Shown here: piece after piece, positions 49,088-59,088 of the stretch
How the letters are laid out: every line of letters starts with the position of its first letter
How positions within the stretch are numbered: the first letter of the stretch is position 1
Source of the DNA: Candidatus Sericytochromatia bacterium
Lineage (GTDB): Bacteria > Cyanobacteriota > Sericytochromatia > S15B-MN24 > UBA4093
Reading direction: 5' to 3'
NCBI GenBank assembly: GCA_036676495.1
Contig: JAKFCT010000028.1
Location: forward strand, 128,001 to 192,000
Length of the DNA stretch: 64,000 nt
The notes under the pieces: model-generated
Databases searched by the model: none
The model's input: only the letters and a program-made list of their open reading frames with translations
Told to the model about the DNA's origin: nothing
Made by a program: the position numbers and the translations under genes

Positions 49088-52000
49088 CTACGACGGGTTC
49101 GCCAGCCCCGAGAGGTAGGCCCACCGGGTCGCGATGCCGGCCTCGGCGCGAGCTAGCAGCTCCTCGGCCCGCTCCGGGTCGGATTGCGCCAGCATCCGAT
49201 ACCGGCCCTCGGCGTACGCGTAGTCCTTGAACGGAATCGCCGGAGCCTTGCTATCGAGCGCGAACGGGTTCTTGCCCTGGGCCGCGAGTTCCGGGTTGTA
49301 GCGGAAGAGCGGCCAGTGCCCGCTCTTCACGGCCCGATCCTGCTGCTCGGGCTGGCGAGCCATGTCCAGGCCATGCGCGATGCACGGCGAGTAGGCAATC
49401 ACCAGGGAGGGCCCGTCGTACTTCGCGGCTTCCGTCAACGCCCGCACCGTCTGCGCGTCGTTGGCCCCGTAGGCCACCGTCGCCACGTAGACATGCCCGT
49501 AGCTCATGGCCATGCGGGCGAGATCCTTCTTGGCCGTGGCCTTGCCCGAGTTGGCGAACTTGGCCACCGCGCCGGTCGGGGTCGACTTCGACGACTGTCC
49601 GCCGGTGTTGGAGTAGACCTCGGTGTCGAGCACCAGGATGTTCACGTTGCGGCCACTCGCCAGCACGTGATCCAACCCGCCGAAACCGATGTCGTAAGCC
49701 CAGCCGTCGCCTCCGACGATCCAGAGGGTCCGCTTGACCAGGTACTCCGAGAGCTCGCGCAGGCGTCCGGCTTCCCAGCTCGTCGAGCCCTCGAGATGCT
49801 TCAAGAGCACCTCCACCCGCGCCCGCTGGGCATCGACGCCGTCCTGGGTCGATTGATCGGCGTTGAGCAAGCTCTCCACCAGCTCAGGGGCATTCGCGAG
49901 CTCGGGAACGGTCCGCAAGAGCTCGAGGGCCTGCTCGGCGAACTTGTCGGTCGCCAGCCGCATCCCGAAGCCGAACTCGGCGTTGTCCTCGAAGAGCGAG
50001 TTGGCCCAGGAAGGCCCGCGGCCTTGCTTATTGGTGGTCCAGGGGGTGGTCGGCAGGTTGCCGCCGTAGATCGACGAGCAGCCCGTGGCGTTCGAGACCA
50101 TCATGTGATCCCCGAAGAGCTGGGTCAGCATCTTGAGGTAAGGCGTCTCGCCGCAGCCCGAGCACGCTCCCGAGAACTCGAACAAGGGCTGCACCAGCTG
50201 GGTGCCCTTGACCGTGATCATGTTGGCGAGCGAGCGGTCGGTCTCGGGGAGATCCAGGAAGTACTGGAAGTTCACCCGCTCGGGCTCACGCAGGGGCGCC
50301 TGGGGCGCCATCATGATGGCCTTGCGCTCCGGGTCCTGCTTGTCCTTGGCGGGGCAGACGAAGACGCACGCGCCGCAGCCCGTACAATCCTCGGGGGCCA
50401 CTTGCAGGAGGTAGCTCTTGCCCTTGACGCCCTTGGCCTCCATCGCCTTGAAGGTTTCGGGGGCATCGGCCAGGAGGCAGGAGTCGATCATCTTGGTGCG
50501 GATGGCGGCATGCGGGCAGACCATCGCGCACTTGCCGCACTGGATGCACATGGAGGTGTCCAGCACCGGGATCTCCTCGGCGATGTTGCGCTTCTCGAAG
50601 CGGGACGTCCCGGTGGGGAAGGTGCCGTCGCAGGGCATCGCCGAGACGGGAAGCTCGTCTCCCTTGCCCTCGATGATGGCTCCGAGCACATCGCGGACGA
50701 ACGCGCTGGCCCCTTCCGAGACGGGGGGCTTCATGCCGAGACCGCTGCCGGCGGCGTCGGGAAGCTGGACCTCGAATAGGTTGGCGAGCGTCTGGTCGAC
50801 GGCCAGGAAGTTCTTCTGGACCACGGCCTCGCCCTTGGCACCGTAGGATTTGGCGATGGAGCGCTTGATCTCGGCGATCGCCTCCGCCCGGGGCAGGACG
50901 TTGGAGATGGCGAAGAAGCAGGTCTGCATGATGGTGTTGATGCGGCGCCCCATGCCCGTCTCGCGGGCCACCCGGGTGGCGTCGATGACGTAGAACTTCA
51001 GGCGCTTGGCGAGGATCCGCTGCTGCACCAGCTCGGGCAGCTTGTTCCAGACCTCCTCGGGCCCGAAGGGGCTGTTCAAGAGGAAGGTCGCCCCCTCCTC
51101 GGCGTCGGCGAGCATGTCGCGCTGCTCCAGCATGAAGAACTGGTGGCAAGCGATGAAGCTGGCCTTTCGGATCTGGTAGGTGGCGCGAATCGGCTTGCGG
51201 CCGAAGCGCAGGTGGCTGATGGTGGTCGAGCCCGATTTCTTCGAGTCGTAGACGAAGTAGCCCTGGGCGTAGTTGGGGGTCTCCTCGCCGATGATCTTGA
51301 TGGAGTTCTTGTTGGCGCCCACGGTGCCGTCCGACCCCAGGCCGTAGAAGAGGGCGCGGACGGTCTCGGGGTCCTCGGTGGTGAAGGCGGGGTCGAAGGG
51401 AATCGAGGTCTGGGTGACGTCGTCGACGATGCCCACGGTGAAGTGGTTCTTGGGGCGATCGCTGGCGAGGTTCGAGACGATGCCCATCACCATGGCCGGC
51501 GTGAACTCCTTCGAGCCCAGGCCGTAGCGGCCGCCGACCACGAGAGGCCGCTCCTGGAAGGGGGCAGTGCCGTCCGCGAGGCCCTCGTAGATGGCCGTCA
51601 GGACGTCGTGGTACAAGGGCTCGCCATTGGAGCCGGGCTCCTTGGTGCGATCCAGGACCGCGATGCGCCGGGTGGTCTTCGGCATGACCTCCAGCAGCAG
51701 GCGCGCCGAGAACGGCCGGAACAGCCGAACCTTGATCAGGCCGACCTTCCAGCCCTGAGCGGCCAGCGCCGTGATGGTCTCTTCGGCAGTCTCGGCGCCG
51801 GAGCCCATCATGACGAGCACCATGTCGGCGTCCTCGGGGCCCACGTAGTCGAAGAGGTGGTACTGGCGCCCCACCAGGCGCGCGAAGCGGTCCATGCTGG
51901 CCTGGACGATGCCCGGAAGGGCCTCGTAGTAGCGGTTCACGGTCTCGCGGGTCTGGAAGAAGGTATCCGGGTTCTGGGCGGTGCCGCGAACCACCGGATG

Positions 52001-52696
52001 ATCCGGCGAGAGGCCGTGGCGCCGATGCTCGGAGATGCGCTCCATGCTGAGCATGGCGCGCATGTCGTCGTGGGTCAGCTCCTCGATCTTGTTGATCTCG
52101 TGTGAGGTGCGGAAGCCGTCGAAGAAGTGAAGGAAGGGCACCCGCGCCTCCAGGGTGGCCGCCTGGCTGATGAGCGCGAAGTCCATGACTTCCTGCACGT
52201 TCCCCGAGCAGAGCATGGCCCAGCCGGTCTGGCGGGTGGCCATGACGTCCGAGTGGTCCCCGAAGATCGACAGGGTCGAGGTCGCCAGGGCCCGGGCGGT
52301 CACGTGGAAGACCGTGGGGGTGAGCTCGCCGGCGATCTTGTACATGTTGGGGATCATCAGGAGCAGGCCCTGGCTGGCCGTGAAGGTCGTGGTCAGGGCC
52401 CCGGTCTGGAGGGCGCCATGGACGGCCCCGGCCGCGCCGCCTTCGGACTGCATCTCGGCGACCAGCGGCACCGTCCCGAAGAGGTTCTTCTCTCCCTGCG
52501 AGGCCTTCTCGTCGCAGATCTCCCCCATCGTCGACGACGGAGTGATGGGGTAGATGGCAATCACCTCGTTGCAGGCGTAGGCCACGTGGGCGGCGGCCGT
52601 GTTGCCGTCGACGGTCACCTGCTTGCGGCTCACGTCCGGACGCGGGGCCGCCTGGAAAGACGGATCCTCGCCGGCTCGGGGGGTATCGTATTGCAT
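49088..52696 (-). CDS. nifJ: pyruvate:ferredoxin (flavodoxin) oxidoreductase, NifJ type
   Basis: YPITPS, GRYGLGSKEF, GSDGTVGANK, two CxxCxxC...CP clusters, GGDGWAYDIG. Confidence 0.97.
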   Translation of the reverse strand: MQYDTPRAGEDPSFQAAPRPDVSRKQVTVDGNTAAAHVAYACNEVIAIYPITPSSTMGEICDEKASQGEKNLFGTVPLVAEMQSEGGAAGAVHGALQTGALTTTFTASQGLLLMIPNMYKIAGELTPTVFHVTARALATSTLSIFGDHSDVMATRQTGWAMLCSGNVQEVMDFALISQAATLEARVPFLHFFDGFRTSHEINKIEELTHDDMRAMLSMERISEHRRHGLSPDHPVVRGTAQNPDTFFQTRETVNRYYEALPGIVQASMDRFARLVGRQYHLFDYVGPEDADMVLVMMGSGAETAEETITALAAQGWKVGLIKVRLFRPFSARLLLEVMPKTTRRIAVLDRTKEPGSNGEPLYHDVLTAIYEGLADGTAPFQERPLVVGGRYGLGSKEFTPAMVMGIVSNLASDRPKNHFTVGIVDDVTQTSIPFDPAFTTEDPETVRALFYGLGSDGTVGANKNSIKIIGEETPNYAQGYFVYDSKKSGSTTISHLRFGRKPIRATYQIRKASFIACHQFFMLEQRDMLADAEEGATFLLNSPFGPEEVWNKLPELVQQRILAKRLKFYVIDATRVARETGMGRRINTIMQTCFFAISNVLPRAEAIAEIKRSIAKSYGAKGEAVVQKNFLAVDQTLANLFEVQLPDAAGSGLGMKPPVSEGASAFVRDVLGAIIEGKGDELPVSAMPCDGTFPTGTSRFEKRNIAEEIPVLDTSMCIQCGKCAMVCPHAAIRTKMIDSCLLADAPETFKAMEAKGVKGKSYLLQVAPEDCTGCGACVFVCPAKDKQDPERKAIMMAPQAPLREPERVNFQYFLDLPETDRSLANMITVKGTQLVQPLFEFSGACSGCGETPYLKMLTQLFGDHMMVSNATGCSSIYGGNLPTTPWTTNKQGRGPSWANSLFEDNAEFGFGMRLATDKFAEQALELLRTVPELANAPELVESLLNADQSTQDGVDAQRARVEVLLKHLEGSTSWEAGRLRELSEYLVKRTLWIVGGDGWAYDIGFGGLDHVLASGRNVNILVLDTEVYSNTGGQSSKSTPTGAVAKFANSGKATAKKDLARMAMSYGHVYVATVAYGANDAQTVRALTEAAKYDGPSLVIAYSPCIAHGLDMARQPEQQDRAVKSGHWPLFRYNPELAAQGKNPFALDSKAPAIPFKDYAYAEGRYRMLAQSDPERAEELLARAEAGIATRWAYLSGLANPS

Positions 52697-52718
52697 GAGC
52701 GCCTCCTTATCCTTGGAC

Positions 52719-53600
52719 TCAATAGGTCTCGACGTGCCAGCGCTTGGCTTTTTTCAGCTCCTCGCGCCGCTCGGCCCAGTCGATCCCATGGCGGCCGGCC
52801 AGCTCGGTGAGGGCCTCGTTGATGCCCGTCTCCATGCCCTTCAGGCCGCACATGTAGAAAGTGGTGTTGTCTGCCGACAAGATCGGCCAGAGCGCCTCTC
52901 CTTGCTCGAGGAGGCGGTGCTGCACGTACATGCGCTGGCCGTCGGCGGTCTGCTGCTCCCGGCTGATGGCCCAGACGGCCTCGAAGCCGGCATGCTGCGC
53001 CTGTATGGCCTCGAACTCCTCCCGGTAGAGCATCTGCGAGGAGTACGGGGTGCCGAAGAAGAGGTGCGCTTGTCCCTGGAAGGGGCTTCCCGGTCGGAAG
53101 AGCTGCCGGACGAAGCCTCGGAACGGAGCGATGCCCGTGCCCGTCGCCAGCATGATCAGGTTGGCATGGGGATCTTCGGGCAAGAGGAACGTGCGTCCCA
53201 CCGGACCGGTGAGCTGGACCACCTCGCCCGGCTCCAGGTCGCAGAGGTAGTTGGAGCAAGGGCCTTGCACCTCGGCGCCCGATTCGTCGGTGTAGACGAC
53301 CCGCTTGACGCAAAGCGTCAAGGTTTTGCCGTCCTGAGCGTCGCCGTCGTGGGTCGAGGCGATCGAGTAGAGGCGCAGCTTGCAGGGCTTGCCGTCCTTC
53401 TCCAGGCGGGGAGCGACGATCCCGACGCTCTGGCCTTCCAGGTAGCGGAAGTCGCCCCCGGAGCAATCGAAGACCAGATGACGGATGTCAGGCTGGTCTT
53501 CGGGGGTGAGGCGGGTATTCGAAATCAGCGTGCAGGACAGCGGCGCGTTGGGCCGGTAGAGGTTGATGGGAATCTCGCGTGCGGCGACCGTGGTAGTCAT
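52719..53600 (-). CDS. petH: ferredoxin--NADP+ reductase, plant/cyanobacterial type
   Basis: YLEGQS, KLRLYSIAS, G.CSNYL, ATGTGIAPF, MYVQ, YMCGLKGM, C-terminal WHVETY. Confidence 0.92.
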   Translation of the reverse strand: MTTTVAAREIPINLYRPNAPLSCTLISNTRLTPEDQPDIRHLVFDCSGGDFRYLEGQSVGIVAPRLEKDGKPCKLRLYSIASTHDGDAQDGKTLTLCVKRVVYTDESGAEVQGPCSNYLCDLEPGEVVQLTGPVGRTFLLPEDPHANLIMLATGTGIAPFRGFVRQLFRPGSPFQGQAHLFFGTPYSSQMLYREEFEAIQAQHAGFEAVWAISREQQTADGQRMYVQHRLLEQGEALWPILSADNTTFYMCGLKGMETGINEALTELAGRHGIDWAERREELKKAKRWHVETY

Positions 53601-53875
53601 CTGAGAGCACTCTCCCGCGGAAAGAAGGGGGGAATCCGAATTTAGTCACTGGCGCTAGGCGTTGCGCCTAGTTTGACGCAATTCGGGCGAGTTTCCGTCA
53701 GTAAATGACCGATCATGCGGTAAAACCCTGATTTTTCGCTAATAATGGGTAATAGTTGCAAATTATCCGGTCGGATGAGGCGTGGGGTTCTACGGATTTC
53801 CCGCCGGCCGCGATTGGCTAGAATAGGCGGGTCCAAGCTTGCTTCGAGGGATCCCCCTCGCGTCTGGAGAACACC

Positions 53876-54109
53876 ATGGCCGAACTCAGCGAACGATTCG
53901 ACGATAACGTCCCGGGCCCCTACTACGTCGATGCCACCTGCATCGTCTGCGGAGCGTGCGAGGGGGCTGCCCCCGACAATATCCGCCTCTCCGACGACGG
54001 GTCCCATGACGTCGTCTACAAGCAGCCTGAAAACGACGCCGAGCGTCAGGCGCTTCAGGATGCCATCGACGGGTGCCCGGTCGGCGCCATCGGGGACGAC
54101 GGGAACTAG
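53876..54109 (+). CDS. single-cluster ferredoxin
   Basis: NVPGPYYVD..CIVCGAC...AP...CPVGAI. Confidence 0.93.
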   Translation: MAELSERFDDNVPGPYYVDATCIVCGACEGAAPDNIRLSDDGSHDVVYKQPENDAERQALQDAIDGCPVGAIGDDGN

Positions 54110-54200
54110 CCTCCGCGCATCTCCCATCTGTTTGTTTGAATGTCCCGACCTGAATGCTACGGTGATCCCGCATGGGTCACGAGGCGAGGAAGGAGGGACC

Positions 54201-54695
54201 ATGGACATCATCCAGGTCTTGCGCGATGAGCATCAGCAGGTCATCGACCTCTTCGAGAAGTTCGATGCGCTGGACGAGGCGAGCGCCAAGAAACCGGTCG
54301 CCGAAGAGCTCCTCCAGCAGCTCATGGTGCATGAAAAAGGCGAAGAGGATGCCGTCTACGGCAAGGTGCGTGCGCTCCTCGCGGATCCCGCGGTCATCGA
54401 CGAGGCCCTCCTCGAGCAAGCGGACCTCAAGGATCGGATCCGCGAGATCGTGGCCGATCCGAACTCCGAGAGCTTGGCCCGGCGCATCCTCCAGCTGCGC
54501 GAGCTGGTCATGGACCACATCGCCACCGAACAAGGCCGGATCTTTCCCTTGATGCGGGAGGTCGTCGACGCGCGCATGAGCGAGCAGCTCGCCTCCAACT
54601 TCAAGACCGCCAAGGCTGGCCACATGGTGGAGTTCCCGTCCCTATCGATCACCATGGCCCCGGAATCCCCCTCCGAAAAGCCGCAGCGCCGCTAA
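54201..54695 (+). CDS. hemerythrin-like domain protein
   Basis: DEH, HEKGEE, HIATEQ patterns; AGGAGG RBS. Confidence 0.8.
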   Translation: MDIIQVLRDEHQQVIDLFEKFDALDEASAKKPVAEELLQQLMVHEKGEEDAVYGKVRALLADPAVIDEALLEQADLKDRIREIVADPNSESLARRILQLRELVMDHIATEQGRIFPLMREVVDARMSEQLASNFKTAKAGHMVEFPSLSITMAPESPSEKPQRR

Positions 54696-54708
54696 CACGC
54701 ACCACGCG

Positions 54709-54744
54709 GAAAGCCCCCCCGAACACGCGTTCAAGGGGGCTTTC
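54709..54744. terminator. hairpin between convergent genes
   Basis: GAAAGCCCCC...GGGGGCTTTC. Confidence 0.6.
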
Positions 54745-54757
54745 GCGGGAGTGACGC

Positions 54758-57700
54758 TTAGCTGGCAGCGACCTCGGGCAGCCGCTCGGCGACCGTCACC
54801 GGCAGCTCCGGGCGACGGTTCCAGCGATCCATGTAGACGTAGACCACCGGCGTGATGTAGAGCGTGATGACCTGGGAGATCATCAGGCCGCCCACCACGG
54901 CCAGCCCGAGGGACTGGCGCGCCTCGCCGCCGGCCCCGTGGCCGATGGCCAGCGGGATGGCGCCCATGATGGCCGCCGCCGTGGTCATCATGATGGGCCG
55001 GAAGCGCACCAGGCTCGCCTCGAAGATCGCCTCCGGCGCGCCCTTGCCCTTCCGCCCCTCCTCGATCGCGAAGTCGATCATCATGATGGCGTTCTTCTTG
55101 ACGATGCCGATCAGCATCATCAGGCCGACGAAGCCGTAGATGTCCAGGGGCTTTCCGAAGACCATCAGCACCACCAGCGCCCCCATGGCCGCCGAGGGCA
55201 GGCCCGCGAGCACCGTGAGCGGGTGGATGAAGCTCTCGTAGAGCATGCCCAGCACCAGGTAGATGACCACGATGGCCGCCAACAGCAGCCAGCCCATGCT
55301 GGACATGGACTCCTGGAACTCCTGCGCCGAGCCCTGGAAGGCGTACGAGACCCCTTCCGGCAGGATCGCCTCGGCAAGCTCCGAGACCTTGCGGGTGGCC
55401 GCGTCCAGGGTCACACCGGCCGCGGCGTCGAACGAGAGCGTCACGGCGGGGAGCTGGCCCAGGTGGTTGACCGTCACCGGCCCGACGCCCGTGACTTGCT
55501 GCGTGACCGTCGACAACGGCACGAGCTTGCCCGAAGAGGACCGGACGTAGAGCAGCTGGACGCTCTCAGGAGCGTTCTGGTACTCGGGAAGCACCTCCAG
55601 GATCACGTTGTAGTCGTTGCTGGGAGTATAGATCTGCGAGACCTGGCGCGACCCGAAGGACGACCCCATGGTCGACATGATCGCCTCCACGCTGACCCCC
55701 GCTGCTGCGGCGGCGTCCCGGTCGATGGAGACCTGCACCTGCGGCGCCCGGTTCTCGAGGTCCGAGTTCACGCCGACCAGCTCGGGAAGGTTGCGCATCG
55801 CCGCTTCCAGCTTGCCGGCCGCCTCGACCACGTTGGCATGGTTGGTTCCCTGCAGCGTCACCTGGTAGCTGGAGCGGGTCGACATGCCGCCGATCCGGAT
55901 GGCAGGCGGCACGTTGACGAAGGCCCGGATGCCCGGGATGTTCGAGAGCGGGCCCCGCAGTTGCTTGGCGACGGCCTCGATCCCGTCATGGCGCTCGGCG
56001 AACGGCTTCAGCGAGACGAACATCATCCCCGAGGTGCCGCCCCCCCGGAAGCCGCCCCCCGCCGTGACCGACGACATGAAGCCGTGGACGTTGGGGTTCT
56101 TGGCGACGATGTCGGCCGCCACCTGCTGGTGCCGGACCATGTCCTCAAACGAGACGCCCTGCTGGGCCTGGGTCGTGATCATGATCTGACCCGCGTCCTC
56201 GGTCGGCAGGAAGCCCTTCGGAACGGCCACGAAGAGCCAGCCCGTGACGGCGATCAAGGCGACGAAGACGGCCAGGGCCGCGCGGCTATGCCGCATCACC
56301 GCCCGCAGCGTGCGCCCGTAGAAGTCCAGCGAGCGCTCGAAGAAGGCCTCGGTCACCGTGAAGAACCAGCCCTTGCGGGTCTCATGCCGCAGGAAGCGCG
56401 CCCCGAGCATCGGAGTCAAGGTCAGCGAGACCACGCAGGAGACCAGGATGGCCACCGCGACCGTGATGGCGAACTCGTTGAACAGCCGGCCCACGATCCC
56501 GCCCATGAAGAGCACCGGGATGAAGACGGCCGCCAGCGAGATGGTCATCGCGATGATCGTGAAGACGATCTCGCGCGAGCCCTCCAGCGCCGCCTCCAGG
56601 CGGCTCTTGCCCGATTCCATGTGGCGGACGATGTTCTCGAGCATGACGATCGCGTCGTCGACCACCAGGCCCGTGGCCAGCGTGAGCGCCATCAGCGAGA
56701 GGTTGTTGAGACTGAAGCCCATGTAGGCCATCACGCCGAAGGTCGCGAGGATCGAAGTCGGAAGCGCGAGGCTCGGGATCAGGGTCGCCGAGAGGTTCCT
56801 CAGGAAGAGGAAGATGACCATGATGACCAGGCCGATGGTCAGCACCAGGGTGAACTGCACCTCGTTGACGGACTCGCGGATCGACACGCTGCGATCGTAG
56901 AGGACGTCGAGGTTGACCGAGGCGGGGATGGCGCGCCGCAGTTCGGGAAGCTTCGATAGGATCCCGTCGACGACCTTGATGGTATTGGAGCCGGGCTGAC
57001 GCATGATGGCCAGCGTGACGCTGCGATTGCCGTTGTACCAGGCCGCGCTGCGCTCGTTCTCCACCGAGTCCAGGACGCGCCCCAGCTCGTTCAGACGGAC
57101 GGGAGCTCCGTTGCGGTAGGCCACGATCAGCTGGCGGTAGGCCTCGGCATTCTCCAGCTGTCCCTTGGCCTGCACGTCATAGGCGTGGTAAGGGCCGTTC
57201 AGCGTGCCGGTGGGCTGGTTCGAGTTGCCGCGGCGCATGGCCGATTCCACCTCGTCCATGCCGATGCCCCGCGCCGCCAAGGCCGCCGGATCCACCTGCG
57301 CCCGCACGGCATACTTCGCCTGACCCCAGACGTTCACCTGGCTGACGCCCGAGACCGTCGAGATCTGCTGCGCGAGCAAGGTCTCCGCGTATTCGTTGAC
57401 GTCCGCCAGCGGCAGCGTATCCGAGGACAGCGCCAGCATCAGGACCGGCGCGTCCGCCGGGTTGACCTTGCGGAAGGAGGGCGGAGTCGTCATCTGGGTC
57501 GGCAAGCGCCGGCTGGCGGCCGTCAGGGCCGCCTGCACGTCCTGCGCTGCCGCATCGATGTCGCGATCCAGGTTGAACTGGAGCGTGATCCGCGTCTGCC
57601 CCTGCGAGCTCGACGAGGTCATCGAGTCCAGCCCCTGGATGGTCATGAACTGACGCTCCAGCGGGGTGGCGACCGACGAGGCCATCGTGTCCGGGTTGGC

Positions 57701-57859
57701 CCCCGACAGGGTCGCCGTGACCTGGATCGTCGGGTAATCCACGCTGGGAAGGTTATTGACCGGAAGCTGGAAGTAACCGAAGACCCCGAAGAGCAGCAGC
57801 GCGATCGTCAACAGGGCCGTGGCTACCGGCCGCTTGATGAACGGCTCGGAAAGGTTCAT
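54758..57859 (-). CDS. MdtB/MdtC-type RND efflux permease
   Basis: FIKRPVAT, KVNPADAP, VVDDAIVMLENI, GIVKKNAIMMIDF, RFRPIMMTT. Confidence 0.93.
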   Translation of the reverse strand: MNLSEPFIKRPVATALLTIALLLFGVFGYFQLPVNNLPSVDYPTIQVTATLSGANPDTMASSVATPLERQFMTIQGLDSMTSSSSQGQTRITLQFNLDRDIDAAAQDVQAALTAASRRLPTQMTTPPSFRKVNPADAPVLMLALSSDTLPLADVNEYAETLLAQQISTVSGVSQVNVWGQAKYAVRAQVDPAALAARGIGMDEVESAMRRGNSNQPTGTLNGPYHAYDVQAKGQLENAEAYRQLIVAYRNGAPVRLNELGRVLDSVENERSAAWYNGNRSVTLAIMRQPGSNTIKVVDGILSKLPELRRAIPASVNLDVLYDRSVSIRESVNEVQFTLVLTIGLVIMVIFLFLRNLSATLIPSLALPTSILATFGVMAYMGFSLNNLSLMALTLATGLVVDDAIVMLENIVRHMESGKSRLEAALEGSREIVFTIIAMTISLAAVFIPVLFMGGIVGRLFNEFAITVAVAILVSCVVSLTLTPMLGARFLRHETRKGWFFTVTEAFFERSLDFYGRTLRAVMRHSRAALAVFVALIAVTGWLFVAVPKGFLPTEDAGQIMITTQAQQGVSFEDMVRHQQVAADIVAKNPNVHGFMSSVTAGGGFRGGGTSGMMFVSLKPFAERHDGIEAVAKQLRGPLSNIPGIRAFVNVPPAIRIGGMSTRSSYQVTLQGTNHANVVEAAGKLEAAMRNLPELVGVNSDLENRAPQVQVSIDRDAAAAAGVSVEAIMSTMGSSFGSRQVSQIYTPSNDYNVILEVLPEYQNAPESVQLLYVRSSSGKLVPLSTVTQQVTGVGPVTVNHLGQLPAVTLSFDAAAGVTLDAATRKVSELAEAILPEGVSYAFQGSAQEFQESMSSMGWLLLAAIVVIYLVLGMLYESFIHPLTVLAGLPSAAMGALVVLMVFGKPLDIYGFVGLMMLIGIVKKNAIMMIDFAIEEGRKGKGAPEAIFEASLVRFRPIMMTTAAAIMGAIPLAIGHGAGGEARQSLGLAVVGGLMISQVITLYITPVVYVYMDRWNRRPELPVTVAERLPEVAAS

Positions 57860-59088
57860 CGGCCGCTCCTCTCACCTTGGGGCGGCGTCCCCTGGGGATT
57901 GCCCCCCTGAGGCTGCCCTTCCGGCTTCGCGGGGGGCTCGATGCCGTCGCGAATCTCGACCGTGGCGCCCTCGCGCAACTGCAGGGTGCCGTCCGTGACC
58001 ACCCGCTCGCCCGCGTTCAAGCCCGAGACGACCACCGCGAGGTCGCCCTGGATCCGCTCCAGCTTGACGTCGCGCTGCGAAACCGTGAGATCCCCGTTGA
58101 CCACGAAGGCGTAATGCCCCGTCTGGCTCGGCTGCACGGCTTGGGCCGGCGCCACGACCCGGTTGCGCTCGGTCGTGAGGGTGAGGGCCACGTCCGCGAA
58201 CTGCCCGGGAACCAGCGCTCCCGAGGCGTTGGGGAACTGCGCCTTCAACTTGAGCGTGCCGGTGGAGGGATCCACCGCGTTGTCCAGGAAGACCACCTTG
58301 CCCGTGACCGGCTGGCCGCCCCGCGGAGTCGCCGTCACGCGGATCGGATCCTCGGCCTGGTAGCGGCGCACCCGATCGATCTGGTTCTGGGGGATGGTGA
58401 AGCTGACGTAAACCGGCGAGACCCGGTTGATGACCAGCAGGGGCGTGGATCCGCCCGCCTGGACCAGGTTGCCCGCATCGATCTGGCGATCGCCCGCCAC
58501 CCCGTCGATCGGAGAGGCGATCGTCGTGTAGGAGAGCTGCACCCGCGCATTCTCCACCACGGCCTGATCCGCCTGAACCGTCGCCGACAGCGCCGCCACG
58601 GCCGACGACATCTGCTCGGCCTGCTGCCGCGACACGAAGCCCTGCGCCAGCAGATCCTGGTAACGCCTGGCGTCGGCCTTGGCCTGCGCCAGCTGCGCCT
58701 GATCCCTCGCGAGCACCGCCTCGGCCTGCTTCAAGGCCGCCTGCAACGGAGCCGGATCCAGCTTGAAGAGCATCTGCCCCTTCTTCACGGGCTTACCTTC
58801 CTCGAAGCCCACCTCCAGCACCTGACCTGAGGCCTGAGCGCGCACCGAGACCGTCTCGATCGCCTCGACCGTGCCGACCGCCGAGAAGAGCAGCGGAACA
58901 TCCGAAACCTTGACGTCGTCCACCAGGACAGGAACGGCACGCTGCATGAACTTTGCGCCTTCCTTGGACTCCTTCGGAGCCGAGAGGAACTTGCCGGCCA
59001 CCAGCGCCACGACGATCAGCGCGGCGAGGCCCAAGAGCCAAAGCCGCTTCGGGCGAGGCGCAGGGGGTGTCGGTTGGACATCGATCAT
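57856..59088 (-). CDS. MdtA-type RND periplasmic adaptor
   Basis: N-terminal TM, SPIDG, DNAVDPSTGT, LVPGQF; ATGA overlaps at both ends. Confidence 0.9.
   Translation of the reverse strand: MIDVQPTPPAPRPKRLWLLGLAALIVVALVAGKFLSAPKESKEGAKFMQRAVPVLVDDVKVSDVPLLFSAVGTVEAIETVSVRAQASGQVLEVGFEEGKPVKKGQMLFKLDPAPLQAALKQAEAVLARDQAQLAQAKADARRYQDLLAQGFVSRQQAEQMSSAVAALSATVQADQAVVENARVQLSYTTIASPIDGVAGDRQIDAGNLVQAGGSTPLLVINRVSPVYVSFTIPQNQIDRVRRYQAEDPIRVTATPRGGQPVTGKVVFLDNAVDPSTGTLKLKAQFPNASGALVPGQFADVALTLTTERNRVVAPAQAVQPSQTGHYAFVVNGDLTVSQRDVKLERIQGDLAVVVSGLNAGERVVTDGTLQLREGATVEIRDGIEPPAKPEGQPQGGNPQGTPPQGERSGR

Noticed and set aside
53730-53770. Fur or FNR box in the petH-ferredoxin divergent region
   Set aside because: AT-rich and probably regulatory, but there is no convincing match to GATAATGATAATCATTATC or TTGAT-N4-ATCAA.
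53745-54695. 316-aa fusion spanning the ferredoxin and hemerythrin genes
   Set aside because: The ferredoxin is in another frame and the hemerythrin has its own AGGAGG RBS and ATG at 54201.
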